Shown: positions 44,332 to 53,978 of the stretch, in pieces
How the letters are laid out: the number at the start of each line of letters is the position of its first letter
Numbering within the stretch: position 1 is the stretch's first letter
NCBI GenBank assembly: GCA_944358985.1
Contig: CALVSI010000001.1
Coordinates: forward strand, 13,846 to 77,845
Reading direction: 5' to 3'
Source of the DNA: an uncultured Bacilli bacterium
GTDB taxonomy: Bacteria > Bacillota_I > Bacilli_A > RFN20 > CAG-826
Length of the DNA: 64,000 nucleotides
Notes under the pieces: generated by a model
What the model saw: the letters and a program-made list of their open reading frames with translations, nothing else
Database searches by the model: none
Told to the model about the DNA's origin: nothing
Program-made: the position numbers and the translations under genes

Positions 44332-46119
44332 ATGCCTTTTGATCAAAGCCTTATTAATGATGTTTTAAAACATTGTGATATTGTTGATATTATCTCGCGA
44401 TACATTGATGTAATACAAAAAGGAAGAGAATATGTTGCTCTTTGTCCGTTTCATGATGACAACAATCCATCAATGCAAATTTCTAAATCCAAACAGATTT
44501 TTAAGTGTTTTGTATGTGGAACAGGCGGTAATGCAATTAAATTTGTAGAACTTTATGAACACATCTCGTTTTTTCAAGCTATGCAAAAAGTTGCATATTT
44601 GTCTGGATATGATGATCCAAGATTAAAAGAAAAAGTAGTTGCAAAAGCTAAAAATCCACAAATTGAAAGTCTAGAAAATTGCATTAATGATTTAACAACA
44701 TATTATCAGTATGGTTTAAACACAAATGAAGGGCAAGACGCTTTAAATTATTTGAATAACAGGGGAATTGATGAGAAATTACGAAAGAAATTTTTAATCG
44801 GTTATTCTTTTAAAGATGGTGTTAACACTTGCAAATATTTACTTAGCAAAGGACATTCATATCGTTCTATGGAATTAATTGGCATAGCAAGTGGGAATAA
44901 CAACATATATTCCGATTTAAATCAAGGTAGAATAATTTTTCCAATTTGTGACGAAAATGGTCAAGTTATTGGCTTTTCCTCTCGTCGATATTTACAAGAA
45001 GATGCTTCTCCAAAATATATTAATTCGCCAGAAACAATGCTATTTCATAAAAGCAACGTATTATATAACTTTAATAATGCTAAAAATGATGCTAAAAAAT
45101 ATGGTTATGTTTACGTAGTTGAAGGTTTTATGGATGTTTTTGCTTTAGAAAAAATAAATATAACAAGTGTTGTCGCATTAATGGGAACAGCGTTTACTTT
45201 GCAACATTTGAATATGTTAAGATCACTAGGGGTTGAGATTAGATTTTGTCTTGATGGAGATGAAGCTGGACAAATGGGCCAAATGCGCATCATTAATCTT
45301 TTAAAAAATAATGATGTCAATTGTCGTTTTGTCAAAAAGAAAAATTTTGGTAAAGATTGCGATGAAATATTATCTAATCATGGTGAAGAAACATTAAGAC
45401 TATATTTAAAAGATCTTCTTAGCAGGAGCGATTTTATAATTGATTATTATGAAAATACCTCACAATTATCAACAATAAATGATCGTGAAAATCTAATTAA
45501 ACATTTTCTTCCAATTTTGCTAAATTGTAAATCTAGTCTACAATTTGATGACTATATTTTAAAACTTGCAAAAGTTAGTCGTTTTAACGCTGATTCAATT
45601 CGAAAGATGGTCAATCAAGCACGTCTAGAAAAAGAATATGATCCTGATAAAATCATGTCTAATTTTCATCCTGAAAAACGTTTGTTACGCAAATTCAATC
45701 TAGCAGAAAAAGAAATACTTTTTTATATGTTAAAAGATGTTAACGCTATTGAATTTTACGAAACAAAAATTGAATCTTTTTACAATGATATGTATCGTCG
45801 TATTGCAGATTATATTCTTGATTATTACCACCAAAATAATTCGATTAGTGTAAGTAATCTTCTCAGCAGCATTGAAATAAAGCAAGACAAAAATAATGAA
45901 GAATTAATTCAAACAATAACCAATATTTCTTTTGAACCAAATCATCAAGAAACTGTTGATAATAATTATTTAGAAACCATTCTTAATACAATTAATGAAG
46001 AAAAAAACAAATTATATAGGAAAAAGACGTTAGAGAAAATGTTAAAAGATAAATCTCCAGAAGATAAAGCAAGAATTCTTACCGACTGGAATAAAAAAAT
46101 ACAAAAAGACTTAAAATAG
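44332..46119 (+). CDS. dnaG: DNA primase
   Basis: Zinc finger [11 protein letters not shown]...CFVCG, TOPRIM domain ([14 protein letters not shown]) and a C-terminal helicase-interaction region. Confidence 0.9.
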   Translation: MPFDQSLINDVLKHCDIVDIISRYIDVIQKGREYVALCPFHDDNNPSMQISKSKQIFKCFVCGTGGNAIKFVELYEHISFFQAMQKVAYLSGYDDPRLKEKVVAKAKNPQIESLENCINDLTTYYQYGLNTNEGQDALNYLNNRGIDEKLRKKFLIGYSFKDGVNTCKYLLSKGHSYRSMELIGIASGNNNIYSDLNQGRIIFPICDENGQVIGFSSRRYLQEDASPKYINSPETMLFHKSNVLYNFNNAKNDAKKYGYVYVVEGFMDVFALEKINITSVVALMGTAFTLQHLNMLRSLGVEIRFCLDGDEAGQMGQMRIINLLKNNDVNCRFVKKKNFGKDCDEILSNHGEETLRLYLKDLLSRSDFIIDYYENTSQLSTINDRENLIKHFLPILLNCKSSLQFDDYILKLAKVSRFNADSIRKMVNQARLEKEYDPDKIMSNFHPEKRLLRKFNLAEKEILFYMLKDVNAIEFYETKIESFYNDMYRRIADYILDYYHQNNSISVSNLLSSIEIKQDKNNEELIQTITNISFEPNHQETVDNNYLETILNTINEEKNKLYRKKTLEKMLKDKSPEDKARILTDWNKKIQKDLK

Positions 46120-46130
46120 GAGGAAATAAA

Positions 46131-47384
46131 ATGGCTAGAACAAAAGAAAAAACTGTAGAAAAAAATTCTACAAAATCACCAAAAAAAGAAAAAAAGTCGC
46201 CAGTATTGCTTAAAGAAATATCAAGCGTAGATGAAATTAAGCAAGAATTATTAAAAAAAGCAAAAGAAAACGAAAATTATTTAGACCAAAGTGAAATATA
46301 TGATGCATTAAGTAAATATGACATGGACGATTCTCTTATTGATGATTTGATTAAATTTTTTCGAGAGAATAATGTTGAAGTTTCCACTGACGAAGAAGAA
46401 GTCGAAGAAGAAATTGACGATAGCAATATCGAGTTAGATGAAGATAATCTTGATGATGATTTTTTAGAAAGTGATGAAATGAGCGATGAAGATGAAGAAA
46501 TTTCTAGTGCTGATCACTTTGATTCAATCATGGCCGGTGATGTTCGAGTAAACGATTCTGTTAAATTATATTTAAAAGGAATAGGAAAATTTGAATTATT
46601 AAAGCCGGAAGAAGAACCTATTTTAGCACAAAGAATTCTTGAACACGATGAAGAAGCAAAAGAACGATTAATAAACGCTAATTTGCGTCTTGTAGTAAAT
46701 ATTGCAAAGCATTATGTTGGACGAGGACTTCAGTTTTTAGATTTGATAGAAGAAGGAAACCTTGGTTTGATGAAAGCTGTTGATAAGTTCGATTACACTA
46801 AAGGATATAAATTTTCAACATATGCAACGTGGTGGATAAGGCAAGCTATCACAAGAGCAATTGCCGATCAAGCTAGAACAATTAGAATTCCTGTTCATAT
46901 GGTTGAAACAATAAACAAAATGACAAGAACTCAACGTCAGCTAGTGCAAGATTTTGGACGCGAACCAACCGCAGAAGAATTATCTGATGCAATGGATGGA
47001 TTGTTATCTCCTAAAAAAATACGTGAAATTCAAAGAATTGCAATGGATCCTGTATCTTTAGAAACTCCAATTGGCGAAGAAGATGATTCGCATTTAGGAG
47101 ATTTTATTGAAGATAAAGAATCTGTATCGCCAAATGATTTTGCGACACGTCAACTTTTAAAAGAAGAACTATACAATATTTTAAAAGATTTAACCGATCG
47201 TGAAGAAAGAGTCATACGTTTGCGTTATGGATTAGATGATAATCGACCAAGAACGCTTGAAGAAGTTGGAAAAGAATTTGGAGTTACACGAGAAAGAATT
47301 CGTCAAATCGAAGCAAAAGCAATTAGAAAATTGCGTCATCCAACTCGTGCAAAAAAATTAGGGGACTATACTGATAAAGTTTAA
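46131..47384 (+). CDS. sigA: primary RNA polymerase sigma factor (sigma-70/SigA)
   Basis: Acidic region 1. Regions 2-4 with [21 protein letters not shown] and [20 protein letters not shown]. Confidence 0.95.
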   Translation: MARTKEKTVEKNSTKSPKKEKKSPVLLKEISSVDEIKQELLKKAKENENYLDQSEIYDALSKYDMDDSLIDDLIKFFRENNVEVSTDEEEVEEEIDDSNIELDEDNLDDDFLESDEMSDEDEEISSADHFDSIMAGDVRVNDSVKLYLKGIGKFELLKPEEEPILAQRILEHDEEAKERLINANLRLVVNIAKHYVGRGLQFLDLIEEGNLGLMKAVDKFDYTKGYKFSTYATWWIRQAITRAIADQARTIRIPVHMVETINKMTRTQRQLVQDFGREPTAEELSDAMDGLLSPKKIREIQRIAMDPVSLETPIGEEDDSHLGDFIEDKESVSPNDFATRQLLKEELYNILKDLTDREERVIRLRYGLDDNRPRTLEEVGKEFGVTRERIRQIEAKAIRKLRHPTRAKKLGDYTDKV

Positions 47385-47386
47385 TT

Positions 47387-48049
47387 ATGATTAAGTTATC
47401 GAAACGTTTACAAAAAATATATGATTTTATCGATGATGGCAGTGTTGTAAAAGATATTGGTGCTGATCATGGAAAATTAATTATTTCTTTGATTGAAAAT
47501 CATAAAGTTAGTCACGCTTACGCTAACGAGAACAAAAAAGGACCTTATAAAAGACTTGAATTAGCTACTAAAGATTATCCAAATATCAACATTTCTTTTA
47601 GTGATGGCCTTGAAAAACTAGCTAAAGATGTCAATACACTTGTTTTAGCCGGGATGGGTGGCCATCTTATTGCTAAAATATTATTGGATAATGCAAAAAA
47701 ATTAGATCAAATTGAATATATTATTATCGATGCACACAATGATAATTCTTTTATTAGAAAAACTATTGCAAATTTAAATTATAAAATCATCGATGAAGAT
47801 ATTGTTTTAGAAAACAAAGTTTATTATGAAATAATAAAATTTCAAAAAACAGACAAAACTAAAATTTATAATGATATAGAATTAAAATATGGTCCGATTC
47901 TTGTAAAAAATAAGCCAGTATTATTTATTCAAAAGTATCAAAAAAGATTAGAAGTAATTGATAAATTATTAGCAATTAAAAGTTTATCTTCTTATAGAAA
48001 AACAAATTTAAAAAAAGAAAGGGATGTTATTAACAATATTTTAAAATGA
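47387..48049 (+). CDS. trmK: tRNA (adenine22-N1)-methyltransferase TrmK
   Basis: LSKRL...DIGADHGKL N-terminal motif and AGMGG. Conserved position after sigA (Bacillus yqfN). Confidence 0.75.
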   Translation: MIKLSKRLQKIYDFIDDGSVVKDIGADHGKLIISLIENHKVSHAYANENKKGPYKRLELATKDYPNINISFSDGLEKLAKDVNTLVLAGMGGHLIAKILLDNAKKLDQIEYIIIDAHNDNSFIRKTIANLNYKIIDEDIVLENKVYYEIIKFQKTDKTKIYNDIELKYGPILVKNKPVLFIQKYQKRLEVIDKLLAIKSLSSYRKTNLKKERDVINNILK

Positions 48050-48816
48050 AAACAAATAGTTTATTGATTAAACTTAGCAAATATTTCCCAAAAAAAATCG
48101 CTAAACAATATCATGATTATGTTGGACTAATGTGTGGTAAGTTAAAAAATGACACAAATAAAGTTTTAATTTGCTTAGATTTTGATGATGAAGTATTGCC
48201 ATATGTCAAATCATTTAAACCAGATATTATATTTACTCATCATCCTTTTATTTATGGAAGAAAAAGTTACGTGTTAAAAAACGATTTGATTAAAAAAAGA
48301 CTATATGATGAAATGTTGTCATTAAATGTTCCTATTTATAGCATGCACACTAATTTTGATGCTGGTAAAGGTGGTATGAATGATACTTTAATGAGACTTT
48401 TAGATGTCAACAATATCCATAGAAGTAGCATTGATCCAATGATGTGTATAGCAAATTTAAATCATCCTTTAAGTGCATTAGAGTTATCTAAACAAATAAA
48501 AAATGCATTTGATGTTGATTATGGTTTACTAGTTTGTAATGATAACAATAAAACCATTAATACAATTGCTTTGATTGCAGGAGGCGGTTCAAGAAGCTGG
48601 CAAATCGCCAAAGAAGAAAATGCTGATATGTATATTTCTGGAGATGCACCACATCATGTTCGTAGAGATATTATTAACAATAATTATTGTTATTTAGATC
48701 TTCCACATGAAATAGAAAAAATATTTATGCCTAGACTCAAAGAAATATTGCTTAAAATAGATGAAAAATTAGAAATATTAATTGTTGATCATGAAAAATT
48801 ACCTTGCGTTATTTAA
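48046..48816 (+). CDS. Nif3-family dinuclear metal-centre protein (YqfO-like, short form)
   Basis: THHPFIY, MHTNFDA and GDAPHH motifs. Start overlaps the trmK stop (ATGA). Confidence 0.75.
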   Translation: MKTNSLLIKLSKYFPKKIAKQYHDYVGLMCGKLKNDTNKVLICLDFDDEVLPYVKSFKPDIIFTHHPFIYGRKSYVLKNDLIKKRLYDEMLSLNVPIYSMHTNFDAGKGGMNDTLMRLLDVNNIHRSSIDPMMCIANLNHPLSALELSKQIKNAFDVDYGLLVCNDNNKTINTIALIAGGGSRSWQIAKEENADMYISGDAPHHVRRDIINNNYCYLDLPHEIEKIFMPRLKEILLKIDEKLEILIVDHEKLPCVI

Positions 48817-49680
48817 TATAAAATTTTTAATATTTTCTAATTGATTAATATGACAACTTGTACCGCCTAAAACAATTATGTGGTGCAAGTTTTTTAATTT
48901 ATCTAAATTGACTTCTTTTTCGTCCTGAACAAATAATATTATACAGTCTGAATATTTATTTAAACACATCTCATATAAACGCATTGTATTAGAAGATTTT
49001 TTAGAACCAACAACAACAATACCATCAACATCTTTTGGTAAATTTAATATTTCTTCTTGACGATTGCGAGTGAATTTACAAATTTCATCAGCGATTGTAA
49101 TTTTGCTTGTAATTTTTTTTAAATCGTTATGTATTTTATATAAATCAATAAAACTCAATGTTGTTTGATTAATGCAAAAATAATTATCATTAGTATTTAT
49201 TTGGTTATAAAATGGTAGTTTATAATCAATAAATATAATATCTTTATTAATAGATAACATTGCATTTGTTTCAGGATGATTCTTAATTCCTATGTATATT
49301 ATTTTTTGATTTTTATTTAAAGCATTTAAAATTAATTTCATACATTGTTGCACCATCGGGCAAATAGCGTCAATCTTAATTAACTTTTTTTCTTTGACAA
49401 TTTTATCAAGATTTATATCATGACCATGTGCTGAAAAAATAATTACAGAACCACATTCTAAGTTTTTAATAGCTTCTTGATATTCATTAAGAGAAACATC
49501 AAGCGTTTCTATGCCGTATTTATTCAAGATGTCCACAACATAATTATTATGAATTAACATACCTAGGACATATATTTTTTTGTTTGGATATTTTTTTCTT
49601 GCATTGATAGCAATATCAATCGCATTTTTAACTCCAAAACAATATCCAGAATTTTTTAAAAGTTCTACTTTCATGCTCAT
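48799..49680 (-). CDS. ispH: 4-hydroxy-3-methylbut-2-enyl diphosphate reductase (MEP pathway)
   Basis: 293 aa. GYCFGVKNAI (Cys ligand 1), SAHGH, AICPMV and NQTT motifs. The 3' end overlaps the convergent nif3-like gene by 18 nt. Confidence 0.85.
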   Translation of the reverse strand: MSMKVELLKNSGYCFGVKNAIDIAINARKKYPNKKIYVLGMLIHNNYVVDILNKYGIETLDVSLNEYQEAIKNLECGSVIIFSAHGHDINLDKIVKEKKLIKIDAICPMVQQCMKLILNALNKNQKIIYIGIKNHPETNAMLSINKDIIFIDYKLPFYNQINTNDNYFCINQTTLSFIDLYKIHNDLKKITSKITIADEICKFTRNRQEEILNLPKDVDGIVVVGSKKSSNTMRLYEMCLNKYSDCIILFVQDEKEVNLDKLKNLHHIIVLGGTSCHINQLENIKNFILNNAR

Positions 49681-49741
49681 ATTTTAACACGTTTGAGTTT
49701 ATTTAAGATTAAAAAATAAATATAATAATGGAGGAGGAAAT

Positions 49742-51094
49742 ATGAATTTTAAAAGTTTTAATTTAAAAGAAGACTTAATTGATGCGTTAGAAAAGTTAGG
49801 TTATACGACAGCGAGTCAAATTCAAGAACTAGTTATTCCAAGAGCGTTAAAAGATAAAAATTTAATAGTTAAATCGATGACAGGTTCAGGAAAAACTCAT
49901 TGCTTTATTATTCCTATTCTTAATAATTTGAACTTTCAATTAAAACAATTACAAGCAATTGTTATTTCTCCAACCAGAGAATTAGCAAAACAAACTTATG
50001 ATTTTTTCTCTCAATTTGAAAATTTTTATAAAGAACTAAATGTTAAACTTCTTATTGGCGGTCATCAAAAAAAAGATGATTTAAATTTAAAAAACAATCC
50101 ACCTCAAATAATAATTGCCACTCCAAAACGTCTAAAGGATATTTTAGTTGAAGAAAGTGTTATAAAACTTGGCTTTGTTAATTATTTGATATTAGACGAA
50201 GTTGATATGATGATGGATTTAGGATATTTTAACGACATTGACACCATTTTAAGTCGTTTAAAAGCCGCTAAAATCATGGTCTTTAGTGCATCATATCCAA
50301 ATAAAATATTACATTTATTAAAAAAATACATTGATTGTGATGAAATAATTTCGTTAGGTAAAGATATTACAAATAATAATGTCGTCCATTATGCAATAGA
50401 TCGAAAACATCAAGATATTAAAAAGGCTACTCTTGATTTTATCAATAAAAACAATCCATATTTTTTGTTAATTTTTTGTAGTTATAAAAAAGATGTCAGC
50501 GAACTTTATGAATATTTGATAAAAAACGGAATTAAATGTGGCATTTTGCATGGAGATTTGACTCAAAGGGAAAGAAAAAATACTTTAAAATTGTTAAAAA
50601 ATGGCAATTATCATATTGTTGTTTGTTCGGATATGGCTTCTCGTGGTCTAGATTTTAAAGATGTCAGCGATGTTTTAAATTATGATTTGCCAAATAATGA
50701 AGAGTTTTATTTCCATCGGGCAGGACGATGTGGAAGAATGAATAATCAAGGAAATTGCTATACTTTTTATAACGTTGATACATTGCCGCAAATCGAATAT
50801 TTTCAAAAGTCAATTCAATTTAATTTTTTAACGTATAAAAATGGTGATTTTATTTCATCAAGTAAAGCAAAAAAAGTTATAAATAAAAAGAAAATGAGCG
50901 AGGAAGAGATTAAATTAAATCGCGATATCAAACTTGCAAAAAGTAAAGCAACAACAAAAAAAGTCAAACCTAATTATAAGAAGAAAGTTAAATTAGCCGT
51001 CGAAAAAGTTGTAAAAAAATATAAAAAAGATAAAATTCGTAAAGAAATACATAAGCAAATTAAAGAAAAATATAGGAAGGGGTCTAATTATTAA
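49742..51094 (+). CDS. cshB: DEAD-box ATP-dependent RNA helicase (motif II is DEVD)
   Basis: Q-motif region, SMTGSGKTH (motif I), PTRELA, LILDEVD (motif II), SAS (motif III), HRAGRCGR (motif VI) and a Lys-rich tail. The symbol comes from synteny with Bacillus yqfR. Confidence 0.8.
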   Translation: MNFKSFNLKEDLIDALEKLGYTTASQIQELVIPRALKDKNLIVKSMTGSGKTHCFIIPILNNLNFQLKQLQAIVISPTRELAKQTYDFFSQFENFYKELNVKLLIGGHQKKDDLNLKNNPPQIIIATPKRLKDILVEESVIKLGFVNYLILDEVDMMMDLGYFNDIDTILSRLKAAKIMVFSASYPNKILHLLKKYIDCDEIISLGKDITNNNVVHYAIDRKHQDIKKATLDFINKNNPYFLLIFCSYKKDVSELYEYLIKNGIKCGILHGDLTQRERKNTLKLLKNGNYHIVVCSDMASRGLDFKDVSDVLNYDLPNNEEFYFHRAGRCGRMNNQGNCYTFYNVDTLPQIEYFQKSIQFNFLTYKNGDFISSSKAKKVINKKKMSEEEIKLNRDIKLAKSKATTKKVKPNYKKKVKLAVEKVVKKYKKDKIRKEIHKQIKEKYRKGSNY

Positions 51095-51095
51095 T

Positions 51096-51986
51096 ATGAA
51101 TGAATTGTTAATTGGATGTCATGTTAGTTTAAATGCGCCTGATTTTTATTTAGGAACAGTTAAAGAAGCATTAAGCTATGGTGCTACAACTTTTATGTTT
51201 TATACTGGCGCACCACAAAATTCTTATCGTCGTGATATTAAAGAAATGAAAATAGATGAAGGTAGGGAATTATTAAAAGCAAATGGAATTGACGAATCTA
51301 AAATTGTAATTCACGCTCCATACATCGTAAATTTAGCTAATGATACAGATAAAAACAAGCACGAAAATGCAAAAGAATTTATCTTAAATGAATTAATTAG
51401 ATGCCAAGCTTTTAATGTTAAAACGATGGTTTTGCATCCTGGAGCACACGTTAATCTTGGTGTGGAAAGAGGTTTAAACAACATTATCAAATCGTTGGAT
51501 GATATTTTTGATAATCTTCCAAATGAAAACAAAGTTAATATTGCATTAGAAACGATGGCAGGAAAAGGGAGCGAATTAGGCACATCTTTTGAACAAATTG
51601 CTTTTATGATTAAAAATAGCAAACATCAAGATAGACTTGGAGTTTGTTTAGATACTTGTCATATTAGTGATGCTGGCTATGATATATTTGATGAGAATAA
51701 AATAATTGAAGAATTTGATAAAATTATCGGCTTAGATAAATTATTAGTCATTCATGTTAACGATTCGAAAAATCCGCGTGGGGCACACAAAGATCGTCAT
51801 GAAAATATTGGCTATGGTGAGATTGGTTATGATGCATTGAGCAAATTTGTTTTTGATGAACGTTTAAGAAATATACCAAAAATTTTAGAAACACCATATG
51901 TCAATGGCAAACCACCATATAAAACCGAAATTGATATGTTTAAAAATAATAAATTTGAAAAAGATTGGAAAAATCAGTTTATTTAA
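51096..51986 (+). CDS. nfo: endonuclease IV (deoxyribonuclease IV)
   Basis: 296-aa TIM-barrel AP endonuclease with HAPYIVNLA, VLHPG, ETMAGKG, CLDTCH, HVNDSKN and ETP motifs. Confidence 0.9.
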   Translation: MNELLIGCHVSLNAPDFYLGTVKEALSYGATTFMFYTGAPQNSYRRDIKEMKIDEGRELLKANGIDESKIVIHAPYIVNLANDTDKNKHENAKEFILNELIRCQAFNVKTMVLHPGAHVNLGVERGLNNIIKSLDDIFDNLPNENKVNIALETMAGKGSELGTSFEQIAFMIKNSKHQDRLGVCLDTCHISDAGYDIFDENKIIEEFDKIIGLDKLLVIHVNDSKNPRGAHKDRHENIGYGEIGYDALSKFVFDERLRNIPKILETPYVNGKPPYKTEIDMFKNNKFEKDWKNQFI

Positions 51987-53037
51987 TCATCTCATTAATT
52001 TCGTTTATTAATTCTTGATAAACATTTTTTTCTTCAATTTTTCGAACTATTTTACCTTTTTTAAAAAGAACAAAATTACCTTTACCACCTGCTATTCCAA
52101 TATCAGCACTTTTTCCTTCGCCAGGACCATTTACTATGCAACCCATAATTGCTACAGTTAGATTGATATTGTTATTTTCTAAATAATTTAATACTTTTTT
52201 GGCAAGATTTGTCACATCGACCATTGTTCTTCCGCAAGTAGGACAAGAAATCATTGTTGGATAATTTGGATATAATCCCAAATCATGAAGCAATCTTTTT
52301 GCCGCTACTATTTCTTGATATGGATTACCGCTTATAGAAATTCGAATCGTATCTCCTAATCCAAGCAATAGCAAAGGTGCTAGACCAGCGCTTGAACGAA
52401 TAAGCGATATTTCATTAATACTTGCTTCGGTAATTCCAATATGCAATGGATAATTGTATTTTTTAGCAGCAGAAATATATGCTGCGATAGTTGTTTTAAT
52501 ATTTGAGCCTTTTAAAGATAAAACAATGTTGTCAAATCCATATTTCTTAAATATTTTTATTTGTTTATTTATAGATTTAATCATATCATTTTCATTGATA
52601 GGTCTTTGATAATCGTTGATTGTTTTATCGATTGATCCAGAATTAACTCCTATTCGAATAGGAATATTTTTTTCTTTAGCGAGAAATAAAATCTCTTTAA
52701 TATGTTCTTCGCTTGATATATTTCCTGGATTAATGCGAATAGCATCAATGCCATTTTTAATAGCTAAAATTGCTAATTTATAATCAAAATGAATGTCACC
52801 AATTAATGGCATGTTAATTTGCTTTTTGATACTTTTTATAGCGTTAGCGTCCCTTTTATCCATAATTGAGACACGCATTAAATCTGCACCTAAATTTTGA
52901 CATTTATTAATTTGCTTAACTACAGAAGAAACATGGCTAGTTTTAATATTGCACATCGATTGAATTAAAACTTTGTCGCTTCCTCCAATAAATATATTTC
53001 CGACTTTAATTTTCTTAGTGTTTTTTCTTGTATACAT
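51979..53037 (-). CDS. ispG: 4-hydroxy-3-methylbut-2-en-1-yl diphosphate synthase (MEP pathway)
   Basis: 352 aa. IQSM, RINPGN, SCPTCGRT and GCIVNGPGE motifs. The 3' end overlaps the convergent nfo by 8 nt. Confidence 0.9.
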   Translation of the reverse strand: MYTRKNTKKIKVGNIFIGGSDKVLIQSMCNIKTSHVSSVVKQINKCQNLGADLMRVSIMDKRDANAIKSIKKQINMPLIGDIHFDYKLAILAIKNGIDAIRINPGNISSEEHIKEILFLAKEKNIPIRIGVNSGSIDKTINDYQRPINENDMIKSINKQIKIFKKYGFDNIVLSLKGSNIKTTIAAYISAAKKYNYPLHIGITEASINEISLIRSSAGLAPLLLLGLGDTIRISISGNPYQEIVAAKRLLHDLGLYPNYPTMISCPTCGRTMVDVTNLAKKVLNYLENNNINLTVAIMGCIVNGPGEGKSADIGIAGGKGNFVLFKKGKIVRKIEEKNVYQELINEINEMIK

Positions 53038-53128
53038 ACAAAAATAATAAATTATTTAATAAAAAAAGTCTATGAAATAGCGTCAACTTATGATAAACTC
53101 TATTTTGCGTAATTAAGGAGAAAAAAAT

Positions 53129-53293
53129 ATGGCAAAAAATAAGGGACGTGAAAGTATTATCTTAAAGTGTACCGTATGTGGTGAAGAGACATATTTAAGT
53201 TCTTCTAACAAGAAAAAACATCCTGAAAGATTAGAAAGAAATAAATATTGTCCTCGCTGTCAAAAAGTTACTGTTCATAAAGAAAAGAAATAG
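53129..53293 (+). CDS. rpmG: 50S ribosomal protein L33 (zinc-ribbon C+ form); absent from the supplied ORF track because it is under 60 aa
   Basis: My translation is MAKNKGRESIILKCTVCGEETYLSSSNKKKHPERLERNKYCPRCQKVTVHKEKK (54 aa). AAGGAG SD lies 9 nt upstream. Contains CxxC...CxxC. Confidence 0.85.
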   Translation: MAKNKGRESIILKCTVCGEETYLSSSNKKKHPERLERNKYCPRCQKVTVHKEKK

Positions 53294-53312
53294 GTTAAGA
53301 ACCTATTTTTTT
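53290..53312 (+). terminator. weak intrinsic terminator after rpmG
   Basis: ATAGGTT-AAG-AACCTAT 7-bp hairpin overlapping the stop codon, followed by TTTTTTT. Confidence 0.4.
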
Positions 53313-53326
53313 GTATTGTTTAAATT

Positions 53327-53944
53327 ATGAAAATTAAAAAATTCGCTGATTTCTTAGCAAATTCATATTTAATTTATGATGATAATAAAGCTATTATTAT
53401 CGATATTGGTCTTTTAAATATCGAGCCATTAATAAAATTCGTTGAATCAAATAATTTAACAGTTTGTGCATTATTTTTAACGCATGGTCATTTTGATCAT
53501 TTTTATGCATTAAATCAACTAATTATGTATTATAAAAATATTAAAATATACATAAGCAAAAAAGATTTTGAATTATTAACAGATCCAACTTTAAATTGTT
53601 CAAAAATGATGATGAACGAAAACATAATCGTTGATTGCGAAAATATAAATTTTCTTTCAGACAATGAAACATATAATATTTTTATCGACCACCCAATGAA
53701 AATTATTGAAACACCATTTCACACAAACGGGAGTGTCTGTTTTTATTTTTATAAAGATAATATTCTTTTTAGCGGTGATACGCTTTTTTATCATGGTGTT
53801 GGGCGTTATGATTTACCAACATCTAATCCATCATTATTAAAATCATCTTTACAAAAATTGATGAAATTACCTGATTGCACAATCGTTTATCCTGGTCATG
53901 GGCAAAATACTTATATCAAAGATGAAAAAGAATTATTTTTCTAA
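53327..53944 (+). CDS. MBL-fold metallo-hydrolase (glyoxalase II / YqgX-like)
   Basis: 205 aa. THGHFDH motif, with downstream GDTLF and PGHG motifs. Confidence 0.75.
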   Translation: MKIKKFADFLANSYLIYDDNKAIIIDIGLLNIEPLIKFVESNNLTVCALFLTHGHFDHFYALNQLIMYYKNIKIYISKKDFELLTDPTLNCSKMMMNENIIVDCENINFLSDNETYNIFIDHPMKIIETPFHTNGSVCFYFYKDNILFSGDTLFYHGVGRYDLPTSNPSLLKSSLQKLMKLPDCTIVYPGHGQNTYIKDEKELFF

Positions 53945-53952
53945 CATTATTA

Positions 53953-53961
53953 TGCTATAAT
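53953..53961 (+). promoter_or_regulatory. candidate extended -10 promoter for nadE
   Basis: TGCTATAAT (TGnTATAAT), 18 nt upstream of ATG 53979. AGGAG SD at 53969-53973. Confidence 0.4.
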
Positions 53962-53978
53962 TATGAACAGGAGTCATT

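Noticed and set aside
48799-48816. Convergent 3'-end overlaps of ispH with the nif3-like gene (18 nt) and of ispG with nfo (51979-51986, 8 nt). Abutting convergent stops also occur at glmS/chrA (9659/9660) and holA/rpsT.
   Set aside because: These are common in compact AT-rich genomes. The gene order matches Bacillus yqfO-ispH-cshB-nfo...ispG synteny. There is no evidence of regulatory antisense function beyond the lack of visible terminators.
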